Below are positions 59,351-64,000 of a DNA stretch of 64,000 bases, one piece after another. The position numbers and the translations under genes are program-made. Origin of the DNA: Brevinematia bacterium (GTDB taxonomy: Bacteria > Spirochaetota > Brevinematia > Brevinematales > JAOACQ01); assembly GCA_049968515.1 (NCBI GenBank), contig JBMFQR010000003.1:6477-70476 (forward strand), given 5' to 3'. The notes below the pieces were generated by a model. It had not been told where the DNA came from. It saw nothing but the letters and a program-made list of their open reading frames with translations, and ran no database searches. Each line of letters opens with the position of its first letter. The stretch's first letter is position 1.

Positions 59351-61057
59351 ATGCATTTTTTAGATGAAAGTCATCTGTTTCTATTTCTTGTCCAGCTCGG
59401 AATCATAATTTTGCTTACCCGTTCGCTGGGAGAGATATTCAGAAGATTCAATCAAACAGTTCTTACTGCAGAACTTCTTGTTGGAATATTATTGGGTCCA
59501 ACCATTTTAGGCCGCTTTTTTCCTCAAGTATTTGAAATCCTATTCCCCAGGGATATAATTCAACAAAACATGCTTGAAACTGTTGCATGGATAGGAGTAC
59601 TTTTCCTTCTTTTAGACACCGGGCTTGAGATGAATTTTTCATCTGCATGGAAACAGAAAAACAATGCGTTGATAATTGCAACTTCTGATATTATAATTCC
59701 GATGGTTATTGCTTTCATACCATGCTACTTCATTCCAGATAGTTTTCTTATAAATCCAGACAAAAGGATAGAGTTTTCATTATTTATGTCTGTAGTAATG
59801 ACAATAAGTGCAATGCCAGTTGCCTCAAAGGTAATGCACGATCTAAAATTACTAAAAACAGATCTTGGATTTTTGACAATGTCTGCACTTGCAATAAATG
59901 ACATCATCGGCTGGGGATTATTCACCATAATACTCGGTATCTTTGCCCAGAATATATTTAATTTTGGTAATGTTTTGATTGTTTTGCTTTCAACTGTTGG
60001 ATTTACTGTAGTGGCTTTGACTTTTGGAAGATACTTTTCTGACAAAGCCATTGATTTTTTTCACAAAAATAGCTTTCCTGAACCATCAACTTCATTTGCA
60101 TTTGCTTGTTTTATGGGAATTATATCAGGTGCAATTACGCAAAAAATTGGAATACATGCTCTATTTGGTTTTTTTGTAGCCGGCGTGATTGTTGGTGAAG
60201 CTAAAAAATTAAGGGAGGAGACAAGAACCACCATTTCGCAGATGGTTCATGCACTTTTTGTGCCTGTTTTCTTTGTAAATATAGGTCTGAAGCTCGATTT
60301 CATTTCAAATTTTAACATTTTCCTCGTACTAACAGTAACACTGGTTGGTATAATTGGCAGATTTTTTGGAGCGTGGATTGGGGTCTATATAAGCAAAGTT
60401 CCTTCTATAAACAGAAACTTAATTGCGATCGCACATACGCCGGGTGGAATGATGGAAATAGTTGTAGCTCTTATAGCTCTTGAAATGAAACTGATTACCC
60501 CTGAAGTATTTGTGGCTATTGTATTTGGCGCCGTTGTTTCTTCTATAATTATGGGACCATGGATGAGCCTTGAACTTATGAGAAGGAGAAAAATAAAACT
60601 TTCAGATTTTATCGACTTCAAAGAGGGAATTGTCATTTTAGAAGGATTTGATAAGAATGAAACAATAAGAAAACTTGCCGAGAAAGCCTCCCAGATAGAG
60701 AAAAGCATCTCTGCGGATGAACTTTTCCGTTACATCATAGAAAGAGAAGAGGCATTCTCAACAGGCATAGGTAACAGGATAGCAATACCACACATAAGGA
60801 CAGACTCAATTAATAGCCCACTTCTTTTGTTTGGTTATTCCAGAAATGGCGTAGACTGGAATTCACCTGATGGACAACCTGTAAACTTTGTATTCTTTCT
60901 TATCTCCCCTACCACAACAAATGACCTGCATATTGAAATACTTTCAAGAATAGCAAGGATTATGCAAAATAAGGAAAACTATGAAAAAATATCCTGTTCT
61001 ACTGACCCAATGGAAATTTCAAGAAATCTAAAAATAATATTTGAAGCTGTGAATTAA
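59351..61057 (+). CDS. CPA2-family cation:proton antiporter fused to a C-terminal PTS EIIA-2 (PtsN-like) domain
   Basis: 568 aa. About 12 TM with a Na+/H+ exchanger pattern (LLLDTGLEM, ALAINDIIGW), then about 145 aa with REEAFSTGIGNRIAIPHIR...PVNFVFFLISP, the EIIA-2 phosphorylation-site region. Confidence 0.85.
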   Translation: MHFLDESHLFLFLVQLGIIILLTRSLGEIFRRFNQTVLTAELLVGILLGPTILGRFFPQVFEILFPRDIIQQNMLETVAWIGVLFLLLDTGLEMNFSSAWKQKNNALIIATSDIIIPMVIAFIPCYFIPDSFLINPDKRIEFSLFMSVVMTISAMPVASKVMHDLKLLKTDLGFLTMSALAINDIIGWGLFTIILGIFAQNIFNFGNVLIVLLSTVGFTVVALTFGRYFSDKAIDFFHKNSFPEPSTSFAFACFMGIISGAITQKIGIHALFGFFVAGVIVGEAKKLREETRTTISQMVHALFVPVFFVNIGLKLDFISNFNIFLVLTVTLVGIIGRFFGAWIGVYISKVPSINRNLIAIAHTPGGMMEIVVALIALEMKLITPEVFVAIVFGAVVSSIIMGPWMSLELMRRRKIKLSDFIDFKEGIVILEGFDKNETIRKLAEKASQIEKSISADELFRYIIEREEAFSTGIGNRIAIPHIRTDSINSPLLLFGYSRNGVDWNSPDGQPVNFVFFLISPTTTNDLHIEILSRIARIMQNKENYEKISCSTDPMEISRNLKIIFEAVN

Positions 61058-61234
61058 TCATCCGGAAGTTACCCAAAAAGTATAAAACCACCATAATTAC
61101 AAGTAGAATCAAGCCTTAAAGACTGCTATGTTCTTAAGATATCTCCAGAAAAATATTTTAAGTGGCTTTTAAAAGCAATGTAAAAATTTGACAAAAACTA
61201 ATATATATAGCAAAATCTAATTGAAGTACAAATT

Positions 61235-62428
61235 ATGAAGATAAAGACTTTATTTTTCCTCTTTATTATCCTTTGCCTGCCACTTTATGGAGCAGAATTA
61301 ATTCCACAAAAGGTTATAATACAGATTTCAAAAGAAAGCCCAAACCATAATATGGAGCTAATAGTCCAGAAGCTCATTCTCTCAAAATCCTCTTCGAAGA
61401 AGGATATTTATATATTTTCTGATGATTCAACCGAGCTATCTGGCTTTGGAATCTCACAGGTAAACGCACGGGTTTTGCTTTCTATAAGTGAAAATGGAAA
61501 TCTTTACAATTTGTTTTTAACTGATATTACAAAAGAAACCAATATTTTCTCCACAAACATAATTTTTACAAAAGGTGATTTTATAAAAAATGTAGAAGCT
61601 ATTTCTGAAGATATTATAAGCATTTTGAGTGAGAAATATCCTCCCAAAGAAAAAAAACAACTTGTTACTGTTGAGACAAAAAAGAAAAAAGTGAGTGAGT
61701 TTCAGAAGGAAAAACCTTCTTTCTCTGCAGAAGTTACTTTTAATCTTGATAGACTAAAGTTTACAGATATTTACTTCTCGTACTTTAATTCGGCGGGGGA
61801 TGGTTCTGATCTGAGTTCTTCATATAGCTTTGCACCATCGGTTAAACTTGAATTTGAATATATGTGGTTTTTGCTTTCACTTAAAGGAAAACTAAGAATT
61901 GGAGAAGATTATAATTATTCTCTATTTCTTTTACCTGCTTTTGGCTTATTTGGAAACCTGTTTTTCCTTGGAACATACATAGAACTTGATTATGGAGAAG
62001 CTAAAAAACTCGGTACGATTAAAATAAATATTACGAATTCGTTTGAAATACCTTCATTAGAATATTACAGGTCGGTACTTGGAATTTATTTAAGATTTAA
62101 TGCGACAAAAAACTATTACTTTTCTATGGGTATAGGTATTATTCCACTCGGAACTTTAATATTACGTTCAAATGAAGGCAATATATCTATTCCATTCTCA
62201 CGAGGAGATGGACCACCAGACATAAATATGGAATTTGTTTTCAGGGTGCTCGGAAGATTTTTTCTATCCTTTCAATTTGGAAATTATGAAGTAGCAGTCA
62301 GAAGAGAATGGGGTTCTGATAAGTATGAAGATCCAGTAAAAGTAGGAAACTCAGGGGGTGATATATTTATTAAAAATTTAAGAATTTCAAGTTCTTATAT
62401 AGGACTGGGGATTAGATATGAATTTTAA
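61235..62428 (+). CDS. Secreted hypothetical protein: N-terminal globular domain plus C-terminal beta-barrel-like domain
   Basis: 397 aa. Signal peptide MKIKTLFFLFIILCLPLYGA. The C-terminal half has an alternating aromatic pattern ending in ...YIGLGIRYEF (terminal Phe, as in many OMPs). Confidence 0.6.
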   Translation: MKIKTLFFLFIILCLPLYGAELIPQKVIIQISKESPNHNMELIVQKLILSKSSSKKDIYIFSDDSTELSGFGISQVNARVLLSISENGNLYNLFLTDITKETNIFSTNIIFTKGDFIKNVEAISEDIISILSEKYPPKEKKQLVTVETKKKKVSEFQKEKPSFSAEVTFNLDRLKFTDIYFSYFNSAGDGSDLSSSYSFAPSVKLEFEYMWFLLSLKGKLRIGEDYNYSLFLLPAFGLFGNLFFLGTYIELDYGEAKKLGTIKINITNSFEIPSLEYYRSVLGIYLRFNATKNYYFSMGIGIIPLGTLILRSNEGNISIPFSRGDGPPDINMEFVFRVLGRFFLSFQFGNYEVAVRREWGSDKYEDPVKVGNSGGDIFIKNLRISSSYIGLGIRYEF

Positions 62429-63710
62429 AAGTTTTATTTTAACATCCCTTTTCTTATTAATACTTAATGTTTGTTTTTCTGAAAGCAAATGGAATATAAT
62501 TCTTGGAAACTGGCGTGACTTATCGGATTACAAAGACAAATCTATAAGCGTAATGTTAAAAAAATCAATTCTTTCCCAACTAAAAAGGGAAAAAGAGTTC
62601 GAGGTAAGAGATATAGAAGAGAATGACATATTTTTTGATAATGTTTCGGAAGCTCATAACTATTGTATTTCAAATAAATCAGACATAATAGTCTATGGTT
62701 ACTATTACGTAGAAGGAAAATCTCTTTATGTTATCACAGAGGTATGGGATGCATTGAAAAAACAAATCAAAATGAGAAATGAGGCAAGAGGAGTTGTAAC
62801 AATTGACATATTCGATACCATTGATCAAATTGCATTGAATATAAAAGAGAAAATAAAAGAGGTCTTGCCTTCACTGACATTTGAGGAGGAAGTAGAAATA
62901 AAAAAACTCAGGCAGACAGTCTACGAAAAGGAAGAGGTTAAAATTGAAAGAGTTTTTTACTCAAAGATAGGATTTAACTTTGAAACTGGACATAAAAAAG
63001 TTAACTTTGCCACTGCTTATAACAATGAAGTTCCGATCCAATGGTCAACAATTGAGGGAAACTTCCCTGAGATTTTTCCAATACTTGGCTTTATGATAAG
63101 AATCTGGGATATAAGAGTTGATTTCTCCGGAGGTTCTATGCCAGGCTGGCCTGTATATAGAGTTGAAAGGAACGAAATTTCTGACACAACACTATATACC
63201 ATGGTAGATTCTTCAATTTCGTACTACTTACCATTCTGGGGGAAAAAATTTGCCTTTGGAGTGGGTATATTAATTGCTAACACATTAGCATCTGCCTGGA
63301 TAAGAGATGGAGAAACAAACCTGAGTATCGAAGGTGGTGAATTTAATCCACTTACTCTAAAGTTTTTATGGAATCCAGACAGGAATCTTGAGTTTGCCTT
63401 TTCACTCAAGCCTTTTTTAAACCAAAGCGAGACTTATGTTACTGAAAACGAGAGAAAAGAATACAAAGAAGTTAAATATAAGATTCCTCTTTTTTCAATA
63501 TCAGCAGCATTTTTCTTTTTAAAAGAAGCAGGCATAGAAGGCAGAGTTGTTTACTCAAGTGCTGAATATATTAGGGGGAGTTTTGCTTCCGACAACACAA
63601 CAAAGCTGGATCCCCAGTCACATTCATTTTCTGAAATTTTATCATTATATTTAGGGATAATATACAGAGTTGATTTTTTAGAGATAGAAAAAGAAAAGAA
63701 AAATGAATGA
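62418..63710 (+). CDS. Secreted hypothetical protein with the same architecture as its upstream neighbour
   Basis: 430 aa. Signal peptide MNFKSFILTSLFLLILNVCFS. The N-terminal domain includes ..SDIIVYGYYYVEGKSLYVITEVWD. The C-terminal beta-rich half ends in ..LYLGIIYRVDF plus a short charged tail. It overlaps the upstream gene by 11 nt. Confidence 0.6.
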   Translation: MNFKSFILTSLFLLILNVCFSESKWNIILGNWRDLSDYKDKSISVMLKKSILSQLKREKEFEVRDIEENDIFFDNVSEAHNYCISNKSDIIVYGYYYVEGKSLYVITEVWDALKKQIKMRNEARGVVTIDIFDTIDQIALNIKEKIKEVLPSLTFEEEVEIKKLRQTVYEKEEVKIERVFYSKIGFNFETGHKKVNFATAYNNEVPIQWSTIEGNFPEIFPILGFMIRIWDIRVDFSGGSMPGWPVYRVERNEISDTTLYTMVDSSISYYLPFWGKKFAFGVGILIANTLASAWIRDGETNLSIEGGEFNPLTLKFLWNPDRNLEFAFSLKPFLNQSETYVTENERKEYKEVKYKIPLFSISAAFFFLKEAGIEGRVVYSSAEYIRGSFASDNTTKLDPQSHSFSEILSLYLGIIYRVDFLEIEKEKKNE

Positions 63711-64000
63711 AGAAATTCTTGATATTTTTCTAAAATACATAAAGTATGAAAAGGGCTTTTCAAAACATACGATAAAATCATACAATATTGACATCAGTGA
63801 ATTTCTAAATTTCCTCGAAAAGGAAAAGGTTAAAGATATTAAAGCAGTCTCATATCAGAATATCTATAGCTTCATAACAGACCTCGGCAAAAAGGGGATT
63901 GCACCTTCTTCGCTCGAGAGAAAAACTGCGGCATTAAAGACATTCTTTAAGTTTTTAAAAAAGCAGGGGCTTATAGAGAAAAACCCAGCAGAGCTTATTT
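63703..64000 (+). CDS. XerC/XerD-family tyrosine recombinase, N-terminal part only (runs off the window)
   Basis: MNEEILDIFLKYIKYEKGFSKHTIKSYNIDISEFLNFL...LERKTAALKTFFKFLKKQGLIEKNPAE is the typical Xer N-terminal SAM-like domain. Its start overlaps the preceding stop by 8 nt. Confidence 0.85.
   Translation, partial: MNEEILDIFLKYIKYEKGFSKHTIKSYNIDISEFLNFLEKEKVKDIKAVSYQNIYSFITDLGKKGIAPSSLERKTAALKTFFKFLKKQGLIEKNPAELI

Noticed and set aside
63703-64000. Tyrosine recombinase as a marker of an integrated mobile element
   Set aside because: The N-terminal domain is typical of housekeeping XerC/XerD. No att-like repeats, tRNA target or phage/plasmid genes are adjacent within the window, and the gene runs off the edge, so an island cannot be evaluated.

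Overview
A 64 kb, AT-rich (roughly one-third G+C by eye), about 90% coding segment that looks chromosomal. It comes from a diderm, flagellated bacterium, shown by an Mla-type transporter, an LptE-like lipoprotein, beta-barrel candidates and flbD-motA-motB. The ispE-spoVG-(tRNA-Gln)-prs-ctc-pth-tilS run, a SpoIIE/PP2C sensor phosphatase, a SigH-like sigma factor, a GH94 phosphorylase and glycogen genes would fit a spirochaete-like or other deep-branching low-GC lineage. Taxonomy cannot be fixed from this sequence alone. I call 55 apparently intact CDS, 4 tRNAs (Val-CAC, Val-GAC, Gln-TTG, Ser-GGA) and 3 decayed genes (a GH3 fragment, a GT39 fragment and a doubly frameshifted maa). I also call several textbook sigma-70 promoters (TTGACA/TTGAAA-N17-TATAAT). 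I saw no rRNA, CRISPR array, IS element, prophage or recognisable defence island. No known novel system stands out, so the findings are single-gene or single-operon oddities read directly from the sequence. (1) A ComEA-like HhH domain is fused to a predicted outer-membrane beta-barrel and translationally coupled to flbD-motA-motB. (2) A SigH-like sigma factor is co-operonic with MlaE/F/D plus a TPR lipoprotein, and the MlaF-like ATPase has lost its Walker-B Glu, H-loop His and canonical signature. (3) A GAF histidine-kinase homologue has Glu in place of the phospho-acceptor His and carries 21-aa tandem repeats. (4) A pair of overlapping secreted proteins combines an N-terminal globular domain with a C-terminal barrel. 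(5) Two unusual domain fusions are present: sugar-binding PBP with PP2C, and CPA2 antiporter with PTS-EIIA. (6) A small gene-decay patch sits next to a TetR regulator. All functional calls rest on motif recognition from memory and none has been checked by a database search.
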